Below are positions 1 to 13,400 of a stretch of 64,000 bases of DNA, one piece after another. Position numbers and translations under genes: made by a program. The DNA lies in the NCBI RefSeq assembly GCF_018350175.1, contig NC_058368.1, positions 102,550,001 through 102,614,000 of the forward strand. Reading direction: 5' to 3'. The notes under the pieces are model-generated. The model searched no databases. It saw nothing but the letters and a program-made list of their open reading frames with translations, and had not been told where the DNA came from. Each line of letters opens with the position of its first letter. Position 1 is the stretch's first letter. This DNA comes from Felis catus. Lineage: Eukaryota.

Positions 1-484
1 CATAGGCTATCCAAGATACCCAGTTATGTGAAAAGAGCAAGGTGCAGAGCTGTTTCTTTACTTACGCTCCGATCTGCATAAGGAGACAAGAAATATAAAT
101 ATATACGCTTGAACATATGGAGACTATTTCAGGAAAGACATACAAAACTGTTCAAAGTAGTTGGCTCCGGGCTCTGGGGAGCAGGTCTAAGGGGGAAGTA
201 AAACCTACTTTCCATTATATAATATTTTAGTGCAGTTTAAACTTTTATAGATTCATGTACTACTTAATTTCTTTAAGTCAATTAAATGGAATTTTAATAA
301 ATGCAACTAGTTTCTCGAGGCTCTAGACCACTCTCCCAAATTGGAGGCATATTAAATACCCAGCAGGTATGGAAGAGGTATCCACTGGGGCGCAAAAGAA
401 AAAAAAAAAAACAAAAAAAAAAACCCAACAACAACAAAGAATAGAATTTCTATTTATACTATTACCCCGTCATTTTAAGATTTT

Positions 485-486
485 TT

Positions 487-519
<33 letters not shown>

Positions 520-701
520 ACAGGGCGAGACAGAGCATGAACAGGGGAGGGTCAGAGAGAGGGAGACACAGAATCTGACACAGGCTCCAGGTTCCGAGCT
601 GTCAGCAACAGAGCCCGCCACGGGGCTCGAACTCACGGACCGCGAGATCATGACCTGAGCCGAAGTCAGACGCTTCACCGACTGAGCCACTCAGGCGCCC
701 C
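485..701 (-). mobile_element. CAN-SINE (SINEC)
   Basis: tRNA-like head, (CT)n body, poly-A tail; TSD aagatttt at 477 and 702. Confidence 0.92.
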
Positions 702-716
702 AAGATTTTATTGTTT

Positions 717-846
717 GGGGGCACCTGGGTGGCTCAGTCGGTGAAGCGTCTGACTTCAGCTCAAGTCGTGATCTCACAGTTGGAGAGTTCAAGCCCCCAC
801 ATGGGGCTCTCTGCTGTCAGCACAGCCGGCCTTGGATCCTCTGTCT

Positions 847-889
<43 letters not shown>

Positions 890-925
890 CCTCCCCGTTC
901 TCTCGCTCACTCTCACAAATACGCA
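717..925 (+). mobile_element. CAN-SINE (SINEC), head-to-head with the previous copy
   Basis: ggggcacctgggtggctcagtcgg head, (CT)n. Confidence 0.9.
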
Positions 926-1132
926 TTTTCAAAAATCTTACAACGGTCTCATTTCCAAGTTCACTAATGATTACATTAACAAATGACACACAAGAGAGGC
1001 TCTGTGGGTCTGCACACAACTAGAGACACCTGGAAAACATTCGCTCTGAGGAAAGGACTGGTCTCTTTTTAGGGAGGAAGGGAGCCTCTGAGGAAGCTAC
1101 CACGCGGTCCGCTCTCTGAGAAAACACGCAAA

Positions 1133-1276
1133 CAAAAACACTTCATGATCTTGCCTGAGGAATGGAGGCAGAAATGAAGCTGAGAGTAGGTTCCCAAACC
1201 CTGACAAAAACACTTCATGATCTTGCCTGAGGAATGGAGGCAGAAATGAAGCCGAGAGTAGGTTCCCAAACCCTGA
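1133..1276 (+). repeat. 72-bp tandem duplication (2 copies, 1 mismatch)
   Basis: caaaaacacttcatgatc...cccaaaccctga at 1133-1204 and 1205-1276. Confidence 0.97.
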
Positions 1277-1389
1277 GATCCTTCTTTAGAGTCACAGCCC
1301 GGCCCTCCCTCCCCCTCACAAAGCCCCACCCCTCCCCTTCTCGGACTCTTACTCGGTTCCCCATGGCTCCCTGGAGCCTGGCCCCAGGC

Positions 1390-1825
1390 TCCCTCTTGAA
1401 TTTCCTCTCCAAGCACCTCAGCTTGCCCTCACTCCGCTCCAGCCACCCTGGAGTCTCCTAGATCAACCAAACACACTTCCCTCCTTCAGGGCTTATGAAC
1501 AGGCCGTTCCCTTCGCCTAGAAACTTCTCAGGGGCTCCAATGGCTCCCCTCACTGGGTATCAGGTCCCTCCTCAAACACAAAAAGTATAAACTCTCCTTT
1601 GCCACCATCCCTCTCCAGCATCTCTCCTCCCTTCTCAATTCCCCCCTTGCAGCACCTAACACCTACCAACACACATTCACTTGTCCAGAATGAACTAGAA
1701 TAGAAGCTTCCTGCAAGCAGAAACTTTGTTCACTCCTGTATCTCCGGGACCCAGCCCGGGCTTGGCATACGGTCAGCGTTCAAACACTGTTCGCCCAGTG
1801 AAGGAACGAAGGAAGGAATAAACAG
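1390..1825 (+). mobile_element. Ancient LINE-2 3' end remnant (similar fragments at ~2700-3650)
   Basis: L2-like 3' motifs ttgttcactcctgtatctcc..ggcttggcata..tcaaacactgtt..gaaggaaggaataa; recognised by eye, highly diverged. Confidence 0.5.
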
Positions 1826-1965
1826 AGATCGCACTGACACCTCCCCGATTTCTAGTATTTCTACCGTCAGAACACAAAACAGTCCAAGATCGCGACCTCT
1901 GGGAGGAGGCAGGGAACGAAATCCGTGGTCACCGTTGTCCATAGTTTGTATGCAAAAGAATTCCT

Positions 1966-2184
1966 GGGGCGCCTGGGTGGCTCAGTCGCTTAAGCGTCCC
2001 CCTCTTGATTTCAGCTCAGGTCACGATCTCACAGTTCAGGAGTTTGAACCCCGCAACAGGCTCTGCGCTGAGGGCGCGGATCCTGATTGGGATTCTTTCC
2101 CTCTCTCTGCCCTTCTCCCCTAGCCACCCCCCCCCCCCCACCCTCTGGCTTGTGCTCTGTCTCTAAAAGAAAAAAATAAGAGAA
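1966..2184 (+). mobile_element. CAN-SINE
   Basis: Head/CT/A-tail; TSD aaaagaattcct. Confidence 0.9.
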
Positions 2185-3113
2185 AAAAGAATTCCTTAAC
2201 ACGGCAAAAATATCCCGGACAAATGATAAAAAAAAAAACAACTTCCTAATTTTTGCACCACAAAACCTACCAACCCCCCTGCATCTATACATGTTTTCTG
2301 ACTTTCCTCCTGTTGCACTGGAGGACCTGTCTCAGGCTCCAGAGGCCACGGATGTACCCCCTGCACCAGGTCTTTTCCACCACCGTCCCTACCTCGGTTC
2401 CAGGGCACCTCATCCCCTCTCTCTCTGGTGGATTGGCTCCTCTCCTCTACCTCCCCTGTATCATTCCCATCAGCAAACAAGCTATTAAACAGACAAAAAA
2501 GCTATTTAACCGAGTGCCCTACTTTGAAAGAGGACACATAGAATATTCCCCGACTCCATGCTGTCCTTTTCATAGAAAAGTGTGCGATACACTGACCACA
2601 TTCTGTTTTCTTCACCTTCCACACAACACCCAAGCCCTCCAACCGGACTTGGATCCCCTCCGTCCCCACCCCCACCCTCACCCGGGACCGCCTGTACTAA
2701 GGTCACCAACAACAGCCCTCTTTCCAAAGGCAGCTCTGACTTCTGAGTCTCATCTTCACCTGACCGCCTGGCAGCTTTTGACACATCCTTACATCCTTGT
2801 TGGAGTGCCTTCACTGGCTTTCCAAAACACCAGACCGGATGGGTTCTCTTCCCCCTCAATGGACACGGTCCCAGCTTCTCTACCTGTTGCTCCACGGCTC
2901 CGCCCTGGCCTCATCGTTCCCAATCACACCCACTAGGGGACCTTTTCCAGCCCCCCAGCTGTAAAGCCCACCTAAACGCCACCCACTTCCCCCAATCTGT
3001 GCCTCCAAGCACTGGTCACCCCACTGAGCATCATCACTTGGCAGCCATAAGGGACATCCACAGTGTGTCCCAAATCTTGCTTCCACCCACCCCCAAAATT
3101 CTAGATGCTCTTC

Positions 3114-3317
3114 TTTTTTAAATGTTCACTTGTTTTTGAAGAGAGAGAGAGAGAGAGCACGAGGAAGGAGGGGCAAAGAGATGGGGGACAGAGGATCCAA
3201 AGCGGGCTCCAGGCGGACAGCAGACAGCCCAGTGCGGGGCTTGGAACTCACAGAGTGCAAGGATCATGACCCGAGCTGAAGTCAGTCGCTTCACCGGCTG
3301 AGCCACCCAGACGCCCC
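3114..3317 (-). mobile_element. CAN-SINE
   Basis: Reverse-complement head ends gacgcccc at 3317. Confidence 0.88.
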
Positions 3318-4318
3318 TACACGTTCGTTCAGAATTCTCATCCACTCAACCCTCACTGCCAAACACAACGTGAGCGCTTCTCCCCACCTCCATGGCCAAG
3401 TCCATTCCAACCTGTCTGGCCGGGGCCGCTTGAAAAAGCCTTGTAACCCTGTTCCTCTTTTTGCGTCTGTATAGTCCATTCTCCACACAGCAGTCGAACG
3501 CCCCTTTTCAGAAACAAACCAAATCATGTCACTCCCTTGCTCAAAATTCTATAAAGGCTTCTCAACGTATTCAAACTAAAATCCAAACTCTCCACCATGA
3601 CCTACAAAGCCCTGCAGGATCTGGCCCGCGCCCAACTCCCGATCCAATCTGGGCACGGTCTGCCTGGTACACATTCTGTGTGTTATTATCTGGGTGGATT
3701 TAACAGCACGTGCAGTCAGCCAAGAGCGAGACCAGGAAGCACATCCAGAAAAAAAAAAAAAAAAGCGCAAACATCCAATCTCTGGGAGAACAGGCTTTGG
3801 TTCCCCTCAAGTCACCATCAGGCGCTGAATCTGTTCTTTTTCTCCCATCTCAAGCCTGTACTTGACATAGCCCTCTACCCTGTCATTGGGCTGCAAAACC
3901 ATAGCTGCATCAAAGCAGCTTCAGCCTCACCTCTTAAACACACGGTTCCCATCATCGAAGATCACAAAGAAATGTCAACAGAAGAGATTCTCAACCAAGA
4001 GGCAAATGTTCTCGGTTTTTCTAAGATGTGTCAAGGTTTCCAATGGAAAGAATACCTAACTGTGCATTTCCAAGTCAAAGCTTCAGAGGAACCTTTATAG
4101 TGCCTGCACCATGAGGACCCCCGTCCTGGGGTGAATTGAGAGGGGTTGAGAGGTACGCTGGTGAGTTTATCTTTCTGTCCACTGTCCCTAGAATTCCAGT
4201 AGCTTTGACCTTGACCTTGTGGGGCTGCCCTCACAGAACCTTTGCAGGTACGTACGATTTTTCCGCTATTCCCATTCCTAAAATCAAATTCATCAGACAT
4301 ATTAGAAACACACAGACT

Positions 4319-4548
4319 GGGGCGCCTGGGTGGCGCAGTCCGTTAAGCGTCCGACTTCAGCCAGGTCACGATCTCACAGTCCGTGAGTTCGAGCCCCACG
4401 TCAGGCTCTGGGCTGATGGCTCGGAGCCTGGAGCCTGTTTCCAATTCTGTGTCTCCCTCTCTCTCTGCCCCTCCCCCGTTCATGCTCTGTCTCTCTCTGT
4501 CCCAAAAGTAAATAAACATTGAAAAAAAAAAATTTTTTTTAAAAAAAA
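4319..4548 (+). mobile_element. Young felid CAN-SINE
   Basis: ggtggcgcagtc..cagccaggtcacg variant; perfect TSD agaaacacacagact at 4304-4318 and 4549-4563. Confidence 0.95.
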
Positions 4549-4579
4549 AGAAACACACAGACTAAGAAACTACAGCTTA

Positions 4580-4801
4580 GGGGCGCCTGGGTGGCGCAGT
4601 CGGTTAAGCGTCCGACTTCAGCCAGGTCACGATCTCGCGGTCCGTGAGTTCGAGCCCCGCGTCGGGCTCTGGGCTGATGGCTCAGAGCCTGGAGCCTGTT
4701 TCCGATTCTGTGTCTCCCTCTCTCTCTGCCCCTCCCCCGTTCATGCTCTGTCTCTCTCTGTCCAAAAAATAAAAAAATTTAAAAAAATTTAAAAAAAAAA
4801 A
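4580..4801 (+). mobile_element. Young felid CAN-SINE
   Basis: Perfect TSD aagaaactacagctta at 4564-4579 and 4802-4817. Confidence 0.95.
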
Positions 4802-5704
4802 AAGAAACTACAGCTTATAAAAATGTGTATGTATATGTAAAATATATTAACGTGGAAAATAAAAATATAGGACACTTATATACTCTCAAGTCCTTGGCTC
4901 CGTAACTTAATAGCAGTATCGATGCTTAGGATCTCCCATGCCTATGAGGTTCCTGTTTGAAAAGCACTCCTTACATTAGTTACAAAACTTCCCTAAAATA
5001 TCCATTGTGAAATCAAGGCAGGGGGCATGGGGGGAGCCATGTCAGACCCTGCTTCAACATCGTCACTTACACCTTGCTTCCGGCTTCAAATGCACTGAGA
5101 AACATCTACAGAAGGGGTTCTCTCCGAAACCAGCTTTGGGGGCAGAAAAGATAACTGGCCCCCCAAGGTACGATGTAATTAAGAAACCAGGAAAGCTCTC
5201 CTGCCCTCTCCGCCTACCAGAAAGTCCCTACATGTGAATTCCATCCCTTGGGGTTTCACAAGTCTGCTCACAAAGGAGCGAGTGTGGCAGCACCATAAAA
5301 TCGCCTGAAGGGTCATTCAACGGACTGCTAGCAGAGGGAGAAGCTGTTGATAAATGGAGAAAAAATCAGGCTGTAAACGAGGAGATACCAGAAGGCAAAA
5401 GAAGGATGATTTTATAGCAGGGACTTCACCACGGAGATCAAGGCAAAGACCACTTCCACTGTGGGGGCCTTGACTTTTTGTTGATCTTGCCCTCCCATGC
5501 TACGGATGGTAATGGCCTCAAAGATCTACACTCACTCCTCCTTGGGAAGCACCTTCTCTTGGCCTCTGGAACACGGGCTTTCCATCATCTGAAAATCACT
5601 GGCCCAACACAGCTGGTCTTTTGCTTATCTTCCTTCCGGTGGAAGATAACCTCATGCTCATTCCGGGGGCCACTGACACTAAGGGCTCAATTGTCAAATA
5701 TTGA

Positions 5705-5827
5705 GGGGTGCCGGGGTGGCACGGTCGGTTGAGTGTCCGACTCTTGATTTCAGCTCAGGTCATGATCCTGGGGTCATGTGATCTAGCCATGCCTCAGGCT
5801 CGGGGCTGAGCATGGAGTGTGCTTAAG

Positions 5828-5878
<51 letters not shown>

Positions 5879-6393
5879 CGTCCGCCCCACTCACGCTCTC
5901 CCTCTAAAAATAAATAAATAAGCAAAGAAACAACTTTAAAAATAATCAAATGTTGGGGGCACCTGGCGGGCTCAGTTGGTTAAACATCCGACTCTTAGTT
6001 TTGGTTTCGGCTCAGGTTATCATCTAGTGTCTTTGTGAGTTGGAGCCCCAAGTCGGCTCTATACTGGCAGCACGGAGCCTGCCTGGAATGTTCGCTCCCT
6101 CTCGCTCTTTCTCTCTCGCACTCGTGCTGTCTCTCTCTCCAAATAAACTTAAAAAAAATAATAATCAGGGGCGCCTGGGTGGCGCAGTCAGTTAGGCGTC
6201 CGACTTCAGCCAGGTCACGATCTCACGGTCCGGGAGTTCGAGCCCCGCGTCGGGCTCTGGGCTGACGGCTCAGAGCCTGGAGCCCGTTTCTGATTCTGTG
6301 TCTCCCTCTCTCTCTGCCCCTCCCCCGTTCATGCTCTGTCTCTCTCTGTCCCAAAAATAAATAAACGTTGAAAAAAGAAAAAATTAAAAATAA
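5705..6393 (+). mobile_element. Three tandem CAN-SINEs (heads at 5705, 5955, 6168)
   Basis: Three heads in the same orientation; the youngest (6168) has TSD aaaaataataatca. Confidence 0.9.
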
Positions 6394-8093
6394 AAAATAA
6401 TAATCAGATGTTAAAACAGCAGATATACAGTAAACGTAGCACATATAAATTTGCCTCACTTCTCCTTATTTTCTGAATGTTATTTAATGTGTTTATATAG
6501 AAATATACGGGCATATTTCCATTCTTGTGACAGAAACCCGTTCACCTGCTTGCCTTAGAGATCACTACGCCATAAACCCTGGCCATCCCCCTGGAACAAA
6601 GCAGACCCTTTCAGGAGCCCCATGGCCTGACCTTCTCCTGTCCGTGATACGTTACTCTCTCCTTGCCTCTCCGTCCCCTTACGATTCCAGGTCATATAAA
6701 TAAAGTTCAATATAGAGCCCTATCAGCCTAACGACTTTAAAGCCGATTTATTGACCCAACATTTAGGTCAGTGGTGTCCCAACTGTAACAGAGGAAGGGG
6801 CCAATTTCTATGCTTTCAGCTCCGATCTGGAGCAACCAGAAGAAGGTCTTGAGGAGCTCGAAGAGCTTTGGCTCCCGGCCATCAATCACAAGAACTGGGA
6901 AGGCTAAACGGGCGCACACAAGGGGCCGCCTCCGGCCCCTGCCCTGGCCGCCATCTAACCACCCCTTCCTGCCCGGGCTCCCTCTGGGAGCTGCACAGTG
7001 GCACTTCTGGAAGCGCAGGGGGGCCCAGGCCTCAGAGAGCACCACAGCGAGGGGTGGGGGGGACACCCGCCAAGGCCTGGGCAAGACGAGCAGCATTTCC
7101 CTCGGGTCTGATGAGGTCACTGCCACCTCTCTTTCGCCAACAATGGAAGGCGATGGGAAAGCCCTATATTCTCAACACACCTGAGAAGAAACCTGCTTGG
7201 AGCCCAGGGAAGGCCAAACAGACGCACATGAGCAAATACTTTAAGCAGGACACGCGAAGCCATGAGACATTTAAAAGCCATTCCCTGCTCCTACGTGTTT
7301 GTGCTGACTAGCATAAGTCCTCCACACTCCTCCTTGCCTGTGTATACACAGAGCCGTGTACTGTAGGTGCCTAAAAATACGCAATGCACAAATACGCTAT
7401 ATTTAGTGACTTATCGTTACTTTCCCCTCTCTTTTTGTCGCTCGGCTGTTGTTTCCTGCACTCCCACAAAGGGGACTTTGAAATCTTTCCAGTTTTTACA
7501 ATTAAACCTAACCATCTGGACGAAAATCTTCACATTCACTAAATTAGTCACAGATTTTGTGGGTAAGCTGAGAAAGTAAACGCTGCGCTCAGTGCTAGGA
7601 TTTAAACCACATCCACCAGAGCAAAACACTCTGCAATAATCTCCCCAATTATGCACGCACAGTCAGGCTCAAATAACACAGCGGCGACCATACCTCGCTG
7701 CACAGAATCTCTGCACAGTGAGCATCGCTCTTGGGGTCACGAAGCGACTTACAACACATCCAACATGAGATGCTTTAAAAAAAAAAAACAAAAACCCAAA
7801 AAACGGTCAGAATTCACTGTCCAGACAGAAAGAGAAGACAGGGCTTCTTTTCCACCCACCCCTGAGTTCCCTTCCCGCTACCCGTGCGTGCGGACAAGCA
7901 AGCTGCTTACCAAACTCAGAGGTGATCTGAAAAGATCTGTATCTCGGACGGGAACACCACCCAAAATCGCAGGTGACCGCATCGGGCATTTTCTCTAGAG
8001 TTCCTTCAAGAGTGAAAGTCTTCACGCCCCTTCAGGTATCACCCAAAGTGTCAGGAAAAGAAAACTCTAGGTGTTTAAGACTCAGTACACTCA

Positions 8094-8304
8094 GGGGCAC
8101 CTGGGTGGCTCAATCAGTGAGGAATCTGACTTCAGCTCAGGTCACCATCTCGCGGTTCGTGAGTTCGAGCCCCACGTCTGGCTCTGTGCTGACAGCATGA
8201 GGCCCGCTTCAGATTCTGTCTCCCTCTCCCTCTGCCTCTGCCCCTCCTCCACTCATGCTCGCTCTCTCCCCCTCAAAAACAAAATAAACATTAAAAAAAA
8301 AAAA
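8094..8304 (+). mobile_element. CAN-SINE
   Basis: Head/CT/A-tail; degenerate TSD cagtac/tact. Confidence 0.9.
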
Positions 8305-9514
8305 TCCAGTATACTTAGCAGAAATCAAGAAAAGGCCAGTGATTGTGTGCTGTCATTCCATCCCTGGTAAATACCTACAGACATGACAGAACTTCAATCG
8401 GTCTAACAAGGGACAGCATGGTCTACCCAGCTGTCTGTCTGTCCATCTAAGTCGGCAGCTGTCTAACTCCAGCTAAGTGAAAAACACTGATTTTCACAAG
8501 GAAATAAGGCACTTGAATTTATACTAGGCTTCTGGACTCCTATGCCAGGCTTTCAAAGAAGACTTTAAGTAAGCCTTTAATATGAGCTACATAGAAAGTA
8601 CCAGACTTTGGCATAAAAGTCATTTTCGGAGCATCTTAAAAAGGTTGGCATTCTCCCTCTCACATTTTAATGGGCCAAAAAACGGTACACAGAACAGGTC
8701 AGAAAGGAGGAACCACAGACAAGGGAAACCCTTGTTACTACCCAGGATCTCAGCACCGACTCCCCATTTAAGTACACGTGAACGTGAACTAAACTCGCAA
8801 GTATATGCAGGTGGTTTTTAAAACCCTCACAAGCATTCTCATTGTGGAGGCGCTGACAATTTGGTATTAAAAAAATAAAAATAAAAAAAATCTACCTTTC
8901 CAGGAGGGATTAAAGCTGTAAAGAGACTTCAAAGTTTGCAGAGCCTCTAGGCTGTCATAAATATTAACACGCACCATGGTTTTTTGTTTTTTTTTTTTTT
9001 ATCTCAGCACTTTTGTTTTGGTTTGCTAAGTAAACCTAGGTTGAGCACGTATTAACCGTCAAACAACACCCAAAGAAATTACATTTAGGTGAGCATTTGC
9101 AGGGATTTACCCTCTTTGGTAAAACATCATTTTGGGGGGCGTGATTTTTTTATTTATTTATATTTTTTTGCATCATTTTTTAAAAAAATATCTTTACACC
9201 AATGTAGTCAACTTGGTGACTGTAGCAGTGCTAAATTTCGTGAAATCTCAAAGTTTGAAGTTTTAAAAATTATCTGGGATGCTCGCAGAAGTAAAATCCA
9301 GTTTCACAAATATAGAAAATATTAATAGGAAAGCATCCAGGATAAACAAGGCACAATGAAAAGTCGCTAGTTTGACAAGACTGAAACCACGTAGAACTTA
9401 GTAATCATTATGCCCTCTTTTCCTCCTGTTGCTTACCGCCCCCCAGAAAGAGAAAAATCTGTAAAATGAAGCTATCAGCCATGATTTTGACTCGAAAATC
9501 AACCCTTTTTTAAA

Positions 9515-9727
9515 TTTTTTTTTTCAACGTTTATTTATTTTTGGGACAGAGAGAGACGGAGCATGAACGGGGGAGGGGCAGAGAGAGAGGGAGACACAGA
9601 ATCGGAAACGGGCTCCAGGTTCTGAGCCATCAGCCCAGAGCCCGACGCGGGGCTCGAACTCCCGGACCGCGAGATCGTGACCTGGCTGAAGTCGGACGCT
9701 TAACCGACTGCGCCACCCAGGCGCCCC
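9515..9727 (-). mobile_element. Young felid CAN-SINE
   Basis: TSD aaaatcaacccttttttt on both sides. Confidence 0.95.
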
Positions 9728-10940
9728 AAAAAAATCAACCCTTTTTTAAAACGATCATGATACCAAAATCGAGTTCTGGCAGGACCAGAACTTAGTAAGG
9801 AGAAAAACGGGGGGAAAAACAAAAACAAAAACAAAACACAAAACAAAACAAAACCCACAAGGTCACGGTTAAGCCAATCTGGCATATTTAAAGTTCAAAT
9901 TTTCGTGTGTGCGTCAAATAACATATCATTTTAACGTTCCAGAAGGAGTGGGCTTTTTCATGGCCAGGTAGGATCCAAAGACATCATATAGCAACAATAC
10001 CTGTGAGTATTCCGAGTTGTTATTATGGTGACAGTTTATACAGAAAAGAGCACTTGGAGCTAAAGGGTTTCACTCCAGGAAAATGAACGCAAAAATACAA
10101 ACAGTGAACTGAAGAGCGTTCAAAAGGATACTTCTAGAAAACAACACTTTACTAGGGATTTACCTTAAGTGATTCATACAAGGATTAGAAGGGCGATCTA
10201 CAACCACAATGGGAACAAATGCCACGACTTCTGGTCTTCTACTGTTGGATATCATCTAGTCTTAAAAACGAAAAGGACATCCTGAAATTCTGGCTGCCAG
10301 GCAAACAGCCTGTCCCCCCTCCCAAACTCCTACACCGTTTCACTGCCGTTGCTGGAGTTACTCTCCATTTAGTAGCATGGCCACGAACTAATGGAATAGT
10401 GGGGAATTTCTGTAAACGGTCGCAATTATTCAAGAGAATGCATTGTCTGGGGCTGTTTTCACAAAGGCTTTCCACTCACTACCCGTTTTCCCACACACCT
10501 TCTTTCTAACATTTACTCTCCACCTCCATCACCACCGCTCTGTAAACCTGGTGGTTCCCCCCCACCCCGCCCCCCCATCTGAACAAACAGGAAAATTCAC
10601 CAAGAGCCACTGTCCCTCTCTCAGCTGGAAGAACCTCAAGGTTTTTAGCTTCGGGACGAGGCAGCCAAGAAAGGACGAGCCGCTTCGACCTTCCTCCCAT
10701 CTCTTTACAGCCTACAAAGTACACTCGGGCAGGCAGTTCTCACCGTTAAACAGTTCATTCCCCTTTTGAGCAAAACAGGGGTAAAAACAGCTGAGCATGA
10801 TCACAAAACAGAACGCTGGGCATTCAAGCCTTACACCTTACAGCCTCGTTCTTTCACTTCCTGGTCCACAGGATTGGCTGACCTAATAAATCTTAATCTG
10901 TAAACAAATGGTGTGCCCTACAATTAAACCATTCATCCTT

Positions 10941-10977
<37 letters not shown>

Positions 10978-10991
10978 GTGTGTGTGTGTGT
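10941..10991 (+). repeat. Compound microsatellite (TTG)n(TG)n
   Basis: Direct reading. Confidence 0.95.
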
Positions 10992-13004
10992 TTAACTGCT
11001 TGGCGGCTACCCAATCCAGAGACTTCTAGGTTCCTCCATTATTTAGTGCTCCCAATGGTTAAAAGGCAATAAGCTCATTTGGAGTTTATAAAACTACGCA
11101 CCATCAACAAAAGCATGTAATGCTTCCAAGAAGCACAGTGGCTTCTACAGGCACAATGGGGAGCCGTGTGTAGTCTCCCCCAAAACAAAAATGCCCCGGC
11201 CCCAATTAAGCGCCCTGGGGGCCTTCAAAGCAGTTGTGCTAAGTTGCAAATACAGCAAGATCCACTTGAACTCCAACTGTCTTGTGTGCTTTTCCTCCCA
11301 AGGTAGGGAAAAAGCCGGGGCAGACTGACCTCATTAATGGGTAATTAGTGAACCCTGGGACTTGAGGGGCTAGCACAATCGTGTCTATTGTGAGCATTTC
11401 ACTGCGGGGCCACTAATTTCTTTTCTTTTCTTTTTTTTTTTTAACCCAGGAGGTCTCTGCAATCTGAAAGGCCCACATTTTACGTTTTTAAGGGTTTCAA
11501 TCTGGCCGTTTTCTACTCCCAGTCACAGAGGAGGAAGAAAAGGAGCATTACAAAGAGCGCTCCTACTTCTTTTGCGGAACTCTGGCAGAGCTAAAAAGTT
11601 TTTAAATAAAGTAACGTCAATAATTTATACTCCCTATACGAGAAATATTAAAATGAATTCTGTTTTAGACAAAGCGAAACAAATGCCCGACTCCTGACTA
11701 CAAAGATTGAAAACAGTATGTACAAAAACGACATCGTAAATGCACGGAGGGCTTTTACGATTATACGTGACCATGTTGGGGGGGGGTTAAAAAAAACCCA
11801 ACCGCTCTATTTGTATGTGAAGGTGTTACTTAAAACTAATACAAAGTAATGTGATCAACGGAACCACTTTACCGTCGTTAAAATTCTCCACACCTCTTCA
11901 AAGCTCATTATTACTGTTGATATCAACCTGCCAAGATGCTGACGTCTGTGAAATACACCAGTTTCCATTATTTAACAGTACCAGCTTTCTGTACATCCAA
12001 AGCCAGCGACCCAGTGCCTTGGCGCTAACTCACCAATATATGAGAAAGCAGTTTTAAAAGCAAGTAATAAATAAAGCTAAACTTGACCTTCTCAGCAATC
12101 AAGATCTAAACACCTCTAATATTTACATATAGCCAGGTGAATCAATAGTTCCCTTTAAAAAAAAAAAAAAAGCCACTGGCTTTTTAGTTACTCCTTTGAG
12201 CAGATGGAATTGGTAGTAATGATCTCCTTCAAAGGAGAACCATTCCAAACCCCCAAATCCAGCAGACGGTCTAACAGTGGATTATGTACAGGGAGAAGGG
12301 GTTAGCCAATGGCTACGCCTACTGCAGCCCCGGTTCCAAAAGCTTCCAGAGGGCAGGCTCAGGATCCAGGCAGAAGCCTGTAGGATAACGTTACCGCCCA
12401 GAGTGACATCTTTAATGTATTTGTTAAGCCTATGAATCACCCAATTTGTTTATCTGGGGTTGATAGCTTTTGAATATCAAAGGAAAAAAATTAAAAGTGT
12501 GTAACAAGTCTTTTGCGTTGTGGCCAAACAGACAAGCCATATTTAGGATTAAATTTGTGTGTATCTGTGTTGTATTAAAACACCATACTGGGACCCCTCC
12601 ATGAAAACTTAGGCCAGCAGCCTTGTTTTGTTTACTTTAGAAATACTGCAAAATTTATTCGCATAACAAACATATGTAATACATTTGAAGAAATCTTGAA
12701 AAGATGGAAAAGGTTTGTTAAGAGATGGGGAGACCACACCATAATTGTTGTGTTTTCTGGTTTTTTGTTGTTGTTGTTGTTTTTTAAATAAACCCAATAT
12801 ATAAGACTGGGGGGGAAAAAAACGCAAATCCTGGAAGCCATTCCAAACAGTTGGAAACTCTTCCTCTTAAAGTAAATCCAAGGGCTCAAAAAATAAATAT
12901 TCAAGAGCATTAATTTGTTTCTAGATGTGTGCGTGCAAGTAAGACAGCAGTCATAATGTGGAAATTTCAGTCACATTTTGCAACTAATTGGAAGCAGATT
13001 AGAA

Positions 13005-13400
13005 TTCCGCCTCGGGGGAACGTTGTCAAACTAGAAGCCGGAGCAAATGAAGAAAGAGGTGAGGGCGTCGGGAAGAGCTGACAGATTTACAGCGCTCAGG
13101 GCTATAAACGGGTGCTGGGCGGGAAGGAGGGCGCGCCCCCGGCGGCGCGCGTTCCCGCGCCCCCCCCCACGGGAGCGCGCGCCGGCAGCGGCGCGAGCGG
13201 CCACGCCCCCGGGCCCTGGCACTCCCATCTGCTGCCGCCTGGAACAATAAACCGGCCTTCAGAGCAAAGCAGTGGTCCTGATAAGATAGAAACCCTGCAG
13301 ACCGATAAACTGGAGCGTGCAAAAGTCGGAGGGAGAGTAGGGTTCTTTCTTTTAGAAGTCGGAGGTGGGGGGGGGGGGGGGGGGGGAGGGGGGCGGTGAA
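13005..13400. promoter_or_regulatory. Intronic CpG island / GC-rich regulatory element
   Basis: Very CpG-dense core 13110-13220 (gggcgcgcccccggcggcgcgcgttcccgcgc...), long G tract 13367-13393, lying in a SINE-free stretch. Confidence 0.6.

Noticed and set aside
717..800. tRNA genes
   Set aside because: The A/B-box-like sequences are tRNA-derived SINE heads followed by CT bodies and A tails, not tRNA genes.
2253..2936. 227-aa ORF on +
   Set aside because: Non-AUG start, no recognisable domain, overlaps C-rich ancient repeat-like intronic sequence antisense to ZNF608.
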